From NCBI GenBank assembly GCA_965219685.1, contig CBDCOH010000002.1, positions 2,112,001 through 2,176,000 of the forward strand: a stretch of 64,000 bases of DNA, in the 5' to 3' direction. A program made the position numbers and the translations under genes. This stretch comes from Candidatus Spongiisociaceae bacterium. GTDB taxonomy: Bacteria > Actinomycetota > Acidimicrobiia > Spongiisociales > Spongiisociaceae. The notes under the pieces are model-generated. The model did no database searches, was not told the DNA's origin, and saw only the letters and a program-made list of their open reading frames with translations. Positions 27,108 to 36,998 of this stretch are shown piece by piece; positions within the stretch are counted from its first letter, which is position 1; each line of letters begins with the position of its first letter.

Positions 27108-29413
27108 GGCTCACCGGAACAGCTGTCCATAGGGTCGAAGACCGAGCCGTCCTCACGGGTCGGTCCAGATACGTCGACGACATCCGGATTCCGGGAACCC
27201 TCCACTGCTCGATCGTCCGGAGCCAGTTCGCCCGGGCCGACGTGACTTCGATCGACGTCTCCGATGCCGTTTCGACGCGGGACGTTGTGGCGGTGTTCAC
27301 CGCGGACGATCTCGGCGCCGCCAACGGTCCCGTCCTCCAGCCGACCTGGTTCCCTGCCCCGGAAGGTCTGCAGCAGCATGTAGACGTCATGTCCAGGCCC
27401 GAGTACACGCACCTCCTGGCGCCGGGACGGGTGCGCTACGTCGGCGAACCGGTGGCAATGGTGCTGGCGACGAATGCGTATGCAGCCGCCGACGGGGCCC
27501 GCAACGTCTATGTCGATTACGAACCCGGAGAGCCGGTCGTCGACGTCGATCAGTCCCGAGCACTCCTGGGGGGACCACTCAACGACGGGTGGCCCGACAA
27601 CCTCGCAGCCAGGTTCGTGATCCGCAAGGGAGACGTGGACCGCGCGTTCTCCCAGGCGGATCATGTGGTGAGCGGTACCTTCCGGACCGGTCGCCAGACC
27701 GGAACGCCCATCGAACCACGAGGCGTGCTCGCCGACCCCACCCGACCGGTGTTCACCGTCTGGTCGTCCAACCAGGCGCCCCACTGGCTCCGCGATGCCT
27801 TGGCGGACTACTTCGGGCGCGACCGCGACGAGATAAGGGTCGTGGCACCGGACGTGGGGGGCGGCTTCGGCATCAAGTCGATGGTGTATCCCGAAGAGTT
27901 GCTGATCCCGGAGATTGCCCGGCGCCTCGAGTCGCCGGTCAAATGGATCGAGACCCGCACCGAGAACTTCCTGGCGGCCGTTCATGCACGGGACCAGCGC
28001 CACCACATCGAACTCGCGCTGACCCGCGACGGTGAGTTCCTGGCGCTGCGGGACCGGTACACCACCGACGTCGGCGCTGCGAATCTGGAGAGCCTGGTGG
28101 TGCCCTACAACACGGCGGCCCACCTCCAGGGGAACTACCGGATCCCTGCCGCGCTGATCGTTCATGAGTCGTACGTGACGAACAAGTCGCCCCTCTCGGC
28201 CTACCGGGGTGCGGGCCGACCGGAGGCGGTCTTCGCGATGGAGCGGATCATCGACGTCGCATCTCGAGAACTGCGAATCGATCCCGCGGTGGTCAGGCAG
28301 AAGAACCTGATCACGGGGGACGAGATGCCCTACGACGCGGGTGTTCGCTACCGGGACGGCACGGCTCTCAGCCTGGACGGGGGCGACTACCGGGCCGTGT
28401 TCGACGAGGCGCTGCGGCGGGCCGACATTCCGGAGTGGCGTCGCGAACAGACCCGGGCCAGGAAGCAGGGTCGCCTCCTCGGCATCGGCTTCGCCAACTA
28501 CATCGAAGGGACCGGGATCGGACCCGCCGAGTTGGCGACTGCGACCTTGGAACCGGACGGGCAGGTCTCGGTCGTGGTCGGTCTCCCGTCGCAGGGGCAG
28601 GGCCACGCCACGATCCTCAGCCAGGTGGCAGCCGATGCTCTGGGGGTGCCCCTCGACAGCGTGCGCGTGAGGCAGGGCGATACGGGCCTGATGCCTACCG
28701 GCGCGGGAACCATCGCCAGCCGCACCGCGGTCGTGGTGGGCAACGCCGTCGCCGCGGCGGGCTCCGAACTCCGCGAGCAGGTGTTGGCGCGTGCCTCGGA
28801 ACTCCTCGAGGTCGACCCCGGCGACCTGACCGTCCAAGAAGGGCGAGTCTCTGTTGTCGGCGCTCCGTCTCGCTCGATCTCGCTCGCCGGTTGCGCCGAC
28901 CCTCTAGCCGGACCGCGCCTGGCCGCCACATCGGGATTCGATCCCGGACGGGCGACGTTCGCCTACGGAACGCATGTCGCGGTGGTCGAGGTCCATCCGG
29001 TCACCGGGCACGTGTCCGTCTTGAAATACGTGGTGGTCCACGACTGCGGACAGCTCATCAACCCCATGATCGTCGATGGTCAGGTGGTAGGTGGGGTAGC
29101 ACAGGGGATAGGTGCGGCGCTGTCCGAGGAGCTTGCCTACGACGAGAGCGGGCAACTCACCACCGCCAGCTTCCTCGACTACCAGATACCGCGCGCTACC
29201 GACATGCCGAGTCCTGAGGTCTATCACGTGGAGACGCCTTCCGAATTGAACCCGCTGGGCGTTCGTGGAGTCGGGGAGGCCGGCACCATCGGACCGCCCG
29301 CCGCGCTGGCAGGCGCGATCGAGGACGCGATCGGGCGCACGGACACAGTGATCGATCGCTGCCCGATGCCCCCGTCCTACGTGGCGGGGCTGATCGATCC
29401 CAGCGTCGCGTAG
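27104..29413 (+). CDS. Molybdenum hydroxylase large subunit with form-II CoxL-like AYRGAGR loop
   Basis: TTG start overlapping the small-subunit stop; GGGFGIK, AYRGAGRPEA, QGQGH, IASR, RGVGEAG. Confidence 0.92.
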   Translation: MRLTGTAVHRVEDRAVLTGRSRYVDDIRIPGTLHCSIVRSQFARADVTSIDVSDAVSTRDVVAVFTADDLGAANGPVLQPTWFPAPEGLQQHVDVMSRPEYTHLLAPGRVRYVGEPVAMVLATNAYAAADGARNVYVDYEPGEPVVDVDQSRALLGGPLNDGWPDNLAARFVIRKGDVDRAFSQADHVVSGTFRTGRQTGTPIEPRGVLADPTRPVFTVWSSNQAPHWLRDALADYFGRDRDEIRVVAPDVGGGFGIKSMVYPEELLIPEIARRLESPVKWIETRTENFLAAVHARDQRHHIELALTRDGEFLALRDRYTTDVGAANLESLVVPYNTAAHLQGNYRIPAALIVHESYVTNKSPLSAYRGAGRPEAVFAMERIIDVASRELRIDPAVVRQKNLITGDEMPYDAGVRYRDGTALSLDGGDYRAVFDEALRRADIPEWRREQTRARKQGRLLGIGFANYIEGTGIGPAELATATLEPDGQVSVVVGLPSQGQGHATILSQVAADALGVPLDSVRVRQGDTGLMPTGAGTIASRTAVVVGNAVAAAGSELREQVLARASELLEVDPGDLTVQEGRVSVVGAPSRSISLAGCADPLAGPRLAATSGFDPGRATFAYGTHVAVVEVHPVTGHVSVLKYVVVHDCGQLINPMIVDGQVVGGVAQGIGAALSEELAYDESGQLTTASFLDYQIPRATDMPSPEVYHVETPSELNPLGVRGVGEAGTIGPPAALAGAIEDAIGRTDTVIDRCPMPPSYVAGLIDPSVA

Positions 29414-29430
29414 GACGGCTACCGGATAAT

Positions 29431-29479
29431 TGGTTCCCAGTCGGTAGTCGGTAGTTAGTGGTCTGCAGCCGGTGGTTCA
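29431..29479 (+). repeat. Degenerate heptamer repeat tract
   Basis: TGGTTCC CAGTCGG TAGTCGG TAGTTAG TGGTCTG CAGCCGG TGGTTCA just after the large-subunit stop. Confidence 0.7.
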
Positions 29480-29621
29480 GTTTCTTCAGGTGCTCGTTGA
29501 TCTGCCGGTCCCGCCCAGCGGACCGGATCCCGCTCGAAGGGTGACAGGGCGCCGTGAGTGGCTCGGGTAGCCATACCGTGACAGTAACAGCCTCTCACAC
29601 GTACGGGCAGGCTAACAAACC

Positions 29622-29646
29622 CTAGTTATCAACTATCAACTATCAA
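29622..29646 (-). repeat. Heptamer repeat tract overlapping the UbiD stop
   Basis: Plus strand TTATCAA CTATCAA CTATCAA; minus strand reads TGA TAG TTG ATA GTT GAT AAC TAG. Confidence 0.7.
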
Positions 29647-30986
29647 ATAGTGAACTCGTCGGCGCCGGGAACCCGTACTACCTCCGGATAGGGAACACCG
29701 AACGGCCGGGTCGCGTCTACCCCCCACACCGAGATGACCTCCTTCTCGGGCGCGGAGGGATCGAGAGGGCCGCCGGCCACCCTCGGAACGATGATGGTGT
29801 CCTCCGCCGGTTGGCTGCGGGTCATGATGGCCCAGTTGACCATTTCGGTGTCGTAGACGTCTATGTCGTCGTCGACGACGATCACCAGCTTGGGCCGGGA
29901 CGAGTCACCGAGCGCGGTGAGGATCACGTGTCGAGCCTGGGCCTTGTAGCGCTGCTCGAGGGCGATCACCGCCGCATACTGGACGCCCCCCCAGTTCGGG
30001 TAGGCGACTGCGGTCACCTCCGGGAAGGTCTCCCGCAGCTTCTCGTACAGCGCGCTCTCGTAGGCGAACGACTTCAGAATATGGTTGTCGGTCGGGGGCA
30101 GGCCCGTCATCCCGGCCAGGAAAATCGGATCACGGCGGTGGGTGATCGCAGTCACCTCGATCACATGGTTCTCCTCGGCGGGCCCGTAGTAACCCGTGAA
30201 CTCGCCGAATGGTCCCTCCATCACCCGTTCGCCCGGGAGCACCCGACCCTCGATGACTATCTCGGCCGAGGCAGGCACCTCCAGGTCCACCGAGACGCAC
30301 TTGACGACATCCACCGGCTCGCCCCTGATACCCCCGGCCACCGTCATCTCGTTGACCCCTTGGGGAACTTTGGCCTGGGACGCATAGAGGAGAACCGGAT
30401 CGCAACCGTTGACGATCGCGACCTCCAAGGACTCACCGAGTCGTTCGGCCCGGGCCATGTGGGTCCCGAGGCCCTGGAAGGCATGCGACATCACCGACAT
30501 GCGGTTCCTGCCGGTGCGCATCACGCGATAGACGGAGGCGTTGACGGTCCGGTCGACCGGATCCTTGCTGACCTCTAGGGCCACAGTCACGTAGGGCCCG
30601 CCGTCCTTCTCCGAGTACACGGGCATGGGAAACGAGTGCAGATCGATGTCGCCGCCCGTGTGGACCACGTCCTGGCACTCACCCGACGCGACCAGGCGCG
30701 GTTCGATCGGATTCCTCAATCCGTGGGAGAACCTCGCGTTGCCCTCCGCCGCCGAGTCCACCTCCAACGCGAGGAGCGCCTTGGATCTGGTGGTGAAGAC
30801 GGCCCCGACCACCGGCATGTCATGGCCGGTGACGTTCTCGAACCACAGAGTGGGACCACCGAGGTCCGACATCTTCCTGATACCCGCCGCGATCTCGAAC
30901 CGCGTGTCAACGGGGCGCCTGACCCGGGCCAGATCTCCGGCTGCATCCAGCACCGCCAGAAACTCGCGGAGGTCATGGAAAGGCAT
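29643..30986 (-). CDS. ubiD: UbiD-family prFMN-dependent decarboxylase (no. 3)
   Basis: HDLREFL, NASVYRV, EIVIEG, MEGPFGEFTGYY, IVVDDDIDV, LDPS, GVDATRP. Closer to no. 2 than to no. 1. Symbol denotes the family only. Confidence 0.93.
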   Translation of the reverse strand: MPFHDLREFLAVLDAAGDLARVRRPVDTRFEIAAGIRKMSDLGGPTLWFENVTGHDMPVVGAVFTTRSKALLALEVDSAAEGNARFSHGLRNPIEPRLVASGECQDVVHTGGDIDLHSFPMPVYSEKDGGPYVTVALEVSKDPVDRTVNASVYRVMRTGRNRMSVMSHAFQGLGTHMARAERLGESLEVAIVNGCDPVLLYASQAKVPQGVNEMTVAGGIRGEPVDVVKCVSVDLEVPASAEIVIEGRVLPGERVMEGPFGEFTGYYGPAEENHVIEVTAITHRRDPIFLAGMTGLPPTDNHILKSFAYESALYEKLRETFPEVTAVAYPNWGGVQYAAVIALEQRYKAQARHVILTALGDSSRPKLVIVVDDDIDVYDTEMVNWAIMTRSQPAEDTIIVPRVAGGPLDPSAPEKEVISVWGVDATRPFGVPYPEVVRVPGADEFTI

Positions 30987-31084
30987 AGCGAGCGACCTCC
31001 ATCTCGTGTAGTTGCCGCCGAACTGTACGCCCGCACGCCCATCGGGGCAACAGCCCTCGGACGCGAGATCTCGGGCGGCGAGCC

Positions 31085-31552
31085 CTACGAGTCGGCGGCT
31101 CGGCGCTCCTCCAGCAACCGGGAGACGTTGGCCAGGGCCCCGATGATGACCTGCTCGGCCTTGGTGGCGATTATCCGCTGCGCGAACGTCGCAACCCTTC
31201 CGACCATCCCGACCTCCGCCGTTATGAGGATCTCGGTCGCCGCCCCGCCATCCGCCTCACTGAACGTGAACACCTGCTCGGAACTTACGGAACTCGCGAG
31301 GGCGTTGTCGGCGCCTTCGACCACGGCGGTCACGCTCTCGTGAGGAACCAGGTCCTTGAGGGTCGTCCGGAGCCGGAAGCGGGCGGTAACGGGCCCGACG
31401 CGCTGGCTCAACATGGCGGTGAACTCGTTCGGCCCTGTCTCCTTGTAGTCGCTGATCCCCGGAATGCACAGGGCCACCGCCTCGATATCGTCCAGGAGAC
31501 CCCAGATCTCGGCGGGCGAGGCTTCGACTCTCACCGTCTTGTCGAATCTCAT
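31085..31552 (-). CDS. coxG: CoxG/SRPBCC family protein
   Basis: IWGLLDD...CIPG, VGPV.ARF, GRVATFAQRII; 155 aa with no C-terminal membrane anchor. Confidence 0.8.
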   Translation of the reverse strand: MRFDKTVRVEASPAEIWGLLDDIEAVALCIPGISDYKETGPNEFTAMLSQRVGPVTARFRLRTTLKDLVPHESVTAVVEGADNALASSVSSEQVFTFSEADGGAATEILITAEVGMVGRVATFAQRIIATKAEQVIIGALANVSRLLEERRAADS

Positions 31553-31918
31553 GCATACCTCCGTCTTCGCAAACCCTCCGGCGGGTGCACCGCGCTACAC
31601 GACGGTAGGCGGGTGGCTCCGGAGTCTTGTGGCCAGAGCAAGGGTCGTCGGTCGATCCCTCGGGAACACCGGACAACTTAACAGCCCGGCCCGTCCGGCA
31701 GGAGCGGAGTTCGCAATGTGAGAGGGGGACACGATCCGACCCACGCGCAATAGTGCCCGGGGTTGCCGGCGGATTCTGCCTCTCCCCCTTCCACTCTGCG
31801 AAGCACGGTTGAATCGGCATAGGCCACTCTGTACCATCGGCCGAGGGTCGGCCGTTTTCTTCGACCCCAGCTAGGCGACCCGGTAGCGACCGGGCCTGGA
31901 CAACAGAGGAGGGCCATC

Positions 31919-32800
31919 GTGCGACGGGATATGGAACTGCTGCGCGGAGCTATCGATATGCACGCACACACGGCACCCGCTCTGTTTCCCCGCCCGATAA
32001 CCGATCACGATCTGGGCAGCTACGCGCTCGACTACGGCATGCGCGGGTTCGTCCTCAAGGACCATGACAGCGCTACCTTCCACCGGGCCGCCAACCTCAA
32101 GCGCTCCATGCCCGGTATCAATCCGATCGGTGCGATCGTGCTGAACCGATCGGTCGGCGGCATCAACCCTTATGTCGTCGAGGCAGCCCTCCAGTACGGG
32201 GCCAAGGTGATCTGGATGCCCAGCAACCACTCCAAGCATCACGACGACTACTTCGGGATACCGGACTACCCGCAACTCGGCCGGATGCAGCGCCAACTCC
32301 CCGGGCCCGGTGTCACCGTGCTCGATGCGAATGGCCGCTTGACCGAAGACGCCAAGACGGTGATCAAGCTGGTCGCGGACGCGGGTGCCTGCCTCTGCAC
32401 CGGACACCTGAACCTCGACGAGACCCGGCTCGTATTGAAGGAAGCCAACCGGGTGGGACTCGAGAAGGTTCTCGTAACCCACGTCAACTGGGCCCTGACC
32501 AAGTACGACCTCGATATCCAGCGGGAACTCGTCGATGCAGGGGCATACCTGGAGATCGTTGCGATAACGTGCACATCGCCGACGTTCTACGAACAGACTC
32601 CGGCAGAGCTCGCACCGGTGATCGACGCCCACGGCGGCGAGAGGCTGATCCTCAGTTCCGACCTCGGCCAGGGCTCCGGCCCGCCACATCCCGAGGGAAT
32701 CCGTATGGCCGTCTACTCACTTCTCGACGAGGGCGTCGACTACAGCGCCCTGGAGAAGATGACCAAGGAAAACCCCGCTTACCTGACGGGCCTCGGTTGA
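31919..32800 (+). CDS. Metal-dependent TIM-barrel hydrolase (DUF6282-like)
   Basis: DMHAHTAP, KDHD, VLNRSVGGINP, TGHL, THVN, SSDLGQ, NPA. Confidence 0.75.
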   Translation: MRRDMELLRGAIDMHAHTAPALFPRPITDHDLGSYALDYGMRGFVLKDHDSATFHRAANLKRSMPGINPIGAIVLNRSVGGINPYVVEAALQYGAKVIWMPSNHSKHHDDYFGIPDYPQLGRMQRQLPGPGVTVLDANGRLTEDAKTVIKLVADAGACLCTGHLNLDETRLVLKEANRVGLEKVLVTHVNWALTKYDLDIQRELVDAGAYLEIVAITCTSPTFYEQTPAELAPVIDAHGGERLILSSDLGQGSGPPHPEGIRMAVYSLLDEGVDYSALEKMTKENPAYLTGLG

Positions 32801-32904
32801 TGGCGGGACGCCCGGCCCGGTTCGCTCCGCCTCCGACAGCCACCCGTTCCCGGCGCACCGGTGACGGTCCGCTGCGGATCCGGTCCTTCCCAGATCGGTC
32901 CTGA

Positions 32905-34500
32905 TTGGCCCGGACGGTGCGCCCGCACGTCCACAACTCCGCTGAGGAAGGGGCGGAACAGGACCGGACCCGATCAGACGCAGGGGAAAACGGCACCGCG
33001 CCGGTGCTGCGAATGGAGGGCATCCGCAAGACCTATCCAGGCGTGGTCGCCAACGACAACGTCGATCTGGACGTGTATCCGGGAGAGATCCACGGCCTTC
33101 TAGGCGAGAACGGCGCCGGGAAGACGACCTTGATGAAGATCCTCTACGGTCTGGCACAGCCCGATGCGGGATCGATCGAGATCAAGGGACGCCCGACCGC
33201 CGTTCGCTCCCCCAAGGACGCCGTAGAGGCCGGCATCGGCATGGTCCACCAGCACTTCATGCTCGTGCCGGACATGACCGTGGCCGAGAACGTGGCTCTC
33301 GGATTCCGAACGGAACGCTATCCGCTCACCGACCTGGGGAGAATCTCGGCTGATGTGACGGAACTGTCACGCATCCACGGACTCGATGTTGACCCGAATG
33401 CCGTCGTCGAAGATCTCTCGGTCGGGACGAGACAGCGGGTGGAGATCCTGAAATTGCTGCACCGGTCGGCCGAAATCCTGATCCTCGACGAGCCTACGTC
33501 GGTACTGACACCCCAGGAGTGGGACGACCTGGCCGAGGTGCTTCGGTCACTCGTGGCGGAGGGTCGGGCCGCGGTGTTCATCACCCACAAGCTGGACGAG
33601 GTGATGGAAGTGGCGGACCGGTGTACCGTTCTGCGCGACGGAGCCGTCGTGGGAACGGTGAACGTGAAAGACACCGACAAGGCCTCCCTCGCGAGGATGA
33701 TGGTCGGTCGCCCGGTCGTCTTCCGGGCCGAGCGCGTTGAGGTGGAGCCGGGTGACCCGGTGCTCGAGGTTCGCGATCTGTCGCTCACCGATAGCGGCGG
33801 CAAGGCGGTCCTCGACAGAATCACGTTCGAGGTTCGGGCCGGGGAGATTCTTGGCGTCGCCGGAGTCGACGGGAATGGGCAGACGCAGCTGGTCGATGTC
33901 CTCACCGGCATGATCCGGCCCACCACCGGACGGATCCTCATCGCGGGCGAAGAGGTGGATCACCTCACTCCGGCCGGATTCCGGCGCCTATCCGGCGGGG
34001 TCATCACGGAGGACCGGCACCACACCGGACTCGCCCTGGATCTCTCCCTACGCGACAACCTGATCATGCGCGACTACCGGGACCGGCCGCTCTCATCCCG
34101 CGGTCTGCTCGACCTGGGTTCCATCCGGGATCATTGCCTCAACCTGATCCGCCGCTTCGATGTAAGGACCCCCGGCCAGACGATCAGGATGCGCCAGCTC
34201 TCCGGGGGTAACCAGCAGAAGTCGATACTGGCCCGGGAACTACACGCGGCCCCGAACCTGCTCGTAGCGTCGCAACCGACCCGGGGCTTGGACGTAGGGG
34301 CCATGGAGTTCGTCTATTCGACCCTGCTCGAACGCAAACGCGCCGGGTCCGCCCTGTTGCTCATCTCCACCGAACTCGACGAGATCCTCTCCCTCAGCGA
34401 CCGGATCGCGGTGATCGCAAACGGGCGATTCCTACGTATCCTTGCTGCAGACGACGCGGATGCCGAGACTCTCGGGCTCCTGATGGGAGGTGCGGTCTAG
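32905..34500 (+). CDS. Nucleoside/sugar (CUT2) ABC ATP-binding protein, tandem domains
   Basis: GENGAGKTT, MVHQHF, LDEPT, GVDGNGQ, LSGGNQQK, QPTRGLD. Start uncertain. Confidence 0.92.
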   Translation: MARTVRPHVHNSAEEGAEQDRTRSDAGENGTAPVLRMEGIRKTYPGVVANDNVDLDVYPGEIHGLLGENGAGKTTLMKILYGLAQPDAGSIEIKGRPTAVRSPKDAVEAGIGMVHQHFMLVPDMTVAENVALGFRTERYPLTDLGRISADVTELSRIHGLDVDPNAVVEDLSVGTRQRVEILKLLHRSAEILILDEPTSVLTPQEWDDLAEVLRSLVAEGRAAVFITHKLDEVMEVADRCTVLRDGAVVGTVNVKDTDKASLARMMVGRPVVFRAERVEVEPGDPVLEVRDLSLTDSGGKAVLDRITFEVRAGEILGVAGVDGNGQTQLVDVLTGMIRPTTGRILIAGEEVDHLTPAGFRRLSGGVITEDRHHTGLALDLSLRDNLIMRDYRDRPLSSRGLLDLGSIRDHCLNLIRRFDVRTPGQTIRMRQLSGGNQQKSILARELHAAPNLLVASQPTRGLDVGAMEFVYSTLLERKRAGSALLLISTELDEILSLSDRIAVIANGRFLRILAADDADAETLGLLMGGAV

Positions 34501-34675
34501 TGGCCTGCCTGCAAGACAACAGGCATCGCCCGGCTTGCCATCGATCGGCCTCGCTGCGTTCCGCCTCCTCGACGTACCGCTGCAGGTACGCCCTCGGCGG
34601 CGGGCCCGGCGAGAAACGGGGCTTCCGGCGCACGTCTCGGTGCCGTTTCACATACAGACCACCGGTGCCAGATCG

Positions 34676-35776
34676 ATGAACCCCGTGGCGCGCAAACTGT
34701 TGCTGAACGGAGCAATCGCCATCGGCCCGGTCTTCGCCGCTCTGATCGTTGCCGCGATCGTGCTGGCGATGGCGGGTGCGCCACCTCTTGAGGCGCTCAA
34801 CGCGCTCCTGGCCGGATCGCTCGGGGGGCGTATCCAACTGGCCCGCACGCTCAGCTTCCTCGTCCCGCTGGTCCTCATCGCGCTGGCCTGGATCATCGCC
34901 TTCAGCACCAAACGCATCAACCTCGGACTCGAGGGTCAGATAATCGTCGGCGGGATCCTCGCCACCCTGGTCGGGCTGCATATCGGTCTCCCCACCGGCG
35001 CCCACATCATGGTCGGGACGGTCGCAGGCGCGGTCGCAGGCGCGCTGTACGCGGGGATTGCAGCCTGGTTCTGGGCGAAGCGGGATGTGAACGAGATCAT
35101 CTCGACCCTGATGCTGACGCTGATCGCCGCGGAGGCTCTCAGTTGGCTGGTGCGAGGACCTATGCAGGAACCGGGGGTCGTATTCCCGAGGAGCAGCGAG
35201 GTCGCGGAGACTGCCCAATGGGGGACGATCGTCGCGAACAGTGCCCTCACCTGGGATATCCTGCTGGTCCCGGTGGCCGTGATCGCGGTCGCCTTCCTGC
35301 AGAACCGAACCACGTTCGGCCTGACCCTCCGCATCACCGGCGCCAATCCGGCCGCTGCGCGGCGCGTTGGTATCAAGACCGTGCGGACCAACGTTCTGTC
35401 CCTGATCCTGTCAGGCGGCATCGCAGGGATAGTCGGTGCATCCCTCGTCCTGGGAGGGGAGACCGCTCGCATGGGCGATGGGTTCTCCGCCGGGTTCGGA
35501 TTCGAGGGAATCGTCGTGGCGCTCGTGGCCCGGAACAACCCGTTCGGGGCTGTGCCGGCGGCACTCCTCTTCGCCGTGCTCGACTCGGGCAGCGGCCTGA
35601 TGGAGACCCGGGTCGGGATCGCTTCGGAACTCGTCTACGTGACCCAGGGTCTGGTGATCCTGTTCGTCGCCGGCACGTCGTACCTCTACAACCGGGCCAG
35701 GCGGACCCGGGTCGATGCTTCCGACGCGAGGCCGGTCGCTCCGGTAGCGGCAACCGAAGTGGCAGGCCCGCGCTGA
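34676..35776 (+). CDS. Nucleoside ABC permease 1
   Basis: NLGLEGQ, NEIISTLML, GFEGIVVALVARNNP. Confidence 0.9.
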   Translation: MNPVARKLLLNGAIAIGPVFAALIVAAIVLAMAGAPPLEALNALLAGSLGGRIQLARTLSFLVPLVLIALAWIIAFSTKRINLGLEGQIIVGGILATLVGLHIGLPTGAHIMVGTVAGAVAGALYAGIAAWFWAKRDVNEIISTLMLTLIAAEALSWLVRGPMQEPGVVFPRSSEVAETAQWGTIVANSALTWDILLVPVAVIAVAFLQNRTTFGLTLRITGANPAAARRVGIKTVRTNVLSLILSGGIAGIVGASLVLGGETARMGDGFSAGFGFEGIVVALVARNNPFGAVPAALLFAVLDSGSGLMETRVGIASELVYVTQGLVILFVAGTSYLYNRARRTRVDASDARPVAPVAATEVAGPR

Positions 35777-36852
35777 TGGGAGTGTTCGACGCCTTCTGGC
35801 TGGCCACCACCCTCCGTCTCTCGACGCCGTTGATCCTCGCATCCAGCGGCGAACTGCTCGCCGAACGCACCGGTGTGCTCAACATCGGCCTCGAGGGCTT
35901 CATGCTGGCGGGCGCCTTTTTCGGGTTCCTGGGGACCTACCTGTCAGGGAGTTTCCTGGTGGGGATCGTTTTCGCGATCGTGGCCGGGGTGATCTTCGCA
36001 GCCGCCATGGCGTTTCTATCGATCCGTCTCAGCGCGGACCAGATAGTTGTGGGGATCGGCATCAACATCCTGGCGCTGGGGTTGACCTCATTCGTGTTCC
36101 GCGAAGTGTTCAGCGGGCCGCAGGTGCTCCTGGAGCGTCCGGCGCCATGGAGATGGCCGATCCTGTCCGGCATCCCGGGGATCGGCGAAGCCCTGTTCGC
36201 TCAGCCCGGATGGGTGTACGCGGCCCTGGTCGTCGTGGTGGCCGTGTGGTTCGTCCTGCAGCGCACCACGTGGGGACTCTCGATGAGGGCCACCGGCGAG
36301 TTGCCCGAGGCAGCCGACACGGCCGGCTCCAGCGTCTTCCGCAACCGCTGGGTCGCCACCCTGGTGGCCGGCGGTCTGGCAGGCGCAGGCGGGTCATTCC
36401 TTTCCATCGAACTCGGAGTATTCATCGAGGGAATGACCAACGGGCGAGGCTACCTGGCCCTGGCGGCCGTCATATTCGGACGGTGGCGCGCCCCCGGCGT
36501 CCTGCTGGCGTGCCTCCTCTTCGGAGGGGCCGACGCTCTGCAACTCCGGCTCCAGGCCGAGGCCACCGTTCCCTTGGAGGTCTGGCTGGTGCTGGCCCTG
36601 CTCGGTCCTGCCTACCTGGTGGCCCGAAGGCGGTCGATGAGATCCCACCATCCCCTAGCGCTGGCCGCCATAGCTTGTGTCACTTTGCTCGGCATCGCCC
36701 TCGCGCTAGCCCAACCTCAATTCACCCTTCCCGCACAGCTCTGGCGGACTTTCCCGTTCGTTCTCACGATCGTGGTCCTGGCGGGATTCATCGGGCGATC
36801 GTGGATGCCTTCGACCCTGGCCATCCCGTACAGCCGGGAGTCCGACACCTGA
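35776..36852 (+). CDS. Nucleoside ABC permease 2
   Basis: GELLAERTGVLNIGLEG, GRGYLALAAVIFGRW, PYSRE. Confidence 0.9.
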   Translation: MGVFDAFWLATTLRLSTPLILASSGELLAERTGVLNIGLEGFMLAGAFFGFLGTYLSGSFLVGIVFAIVAGVIFAAAMAFLSIRLSADQIVVGIGINILALGLTSFVFREVFSGPQVLLERPAPWRWPILSGIPGIGEALFAQPGWVYAALVVVVAVWFVLQRTTWGLSMRATGELPEAADTAGSSVFRNRWVATLVAGGLAGAGGSFLSIELGVFIEGMTNGRGYLALAAVIFGRWRAPGVLLACLLFGGADALQLRLQAEATVPLEVWLVLALLGPAYLVARRRSMRSHHPLALAAIACVTLLGIALALAQPQFTLPAQLWRTFPFVLTIVVLAGFIGRSWMPSTLAIPYSRESDT

Positions 36853-36930
36853 CACACCTCTGCCCGGTAGAGTTCGTCTTTCACGAAGCGAGAGCCAGAT
36901 GTCGCACTGCGGAGACGATCCTAGAATCGA

Positions 36931-36970
36931 ACCGTCTTTCGTGACTCGGGACCGTCTTTCGTGACTCGGG
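36931..36970. repeat. Perfect 20-bp tandem duplication
   Basis: ACCGTCTTTCGTGACTCGGG x2, 28 bp upstream of the BMP start. Confidence 0.85.
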
Positions 36971-36998
36971 ACGGAAGGCTCGCAACACAGGAGGGATC

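Noticed and set aside
27104-29413. Aerobic CO dehydrogenase (form I)
   Set aside because: No AYRCSFR Cu-binding loop in any large subunit, and no coxDEF genes.
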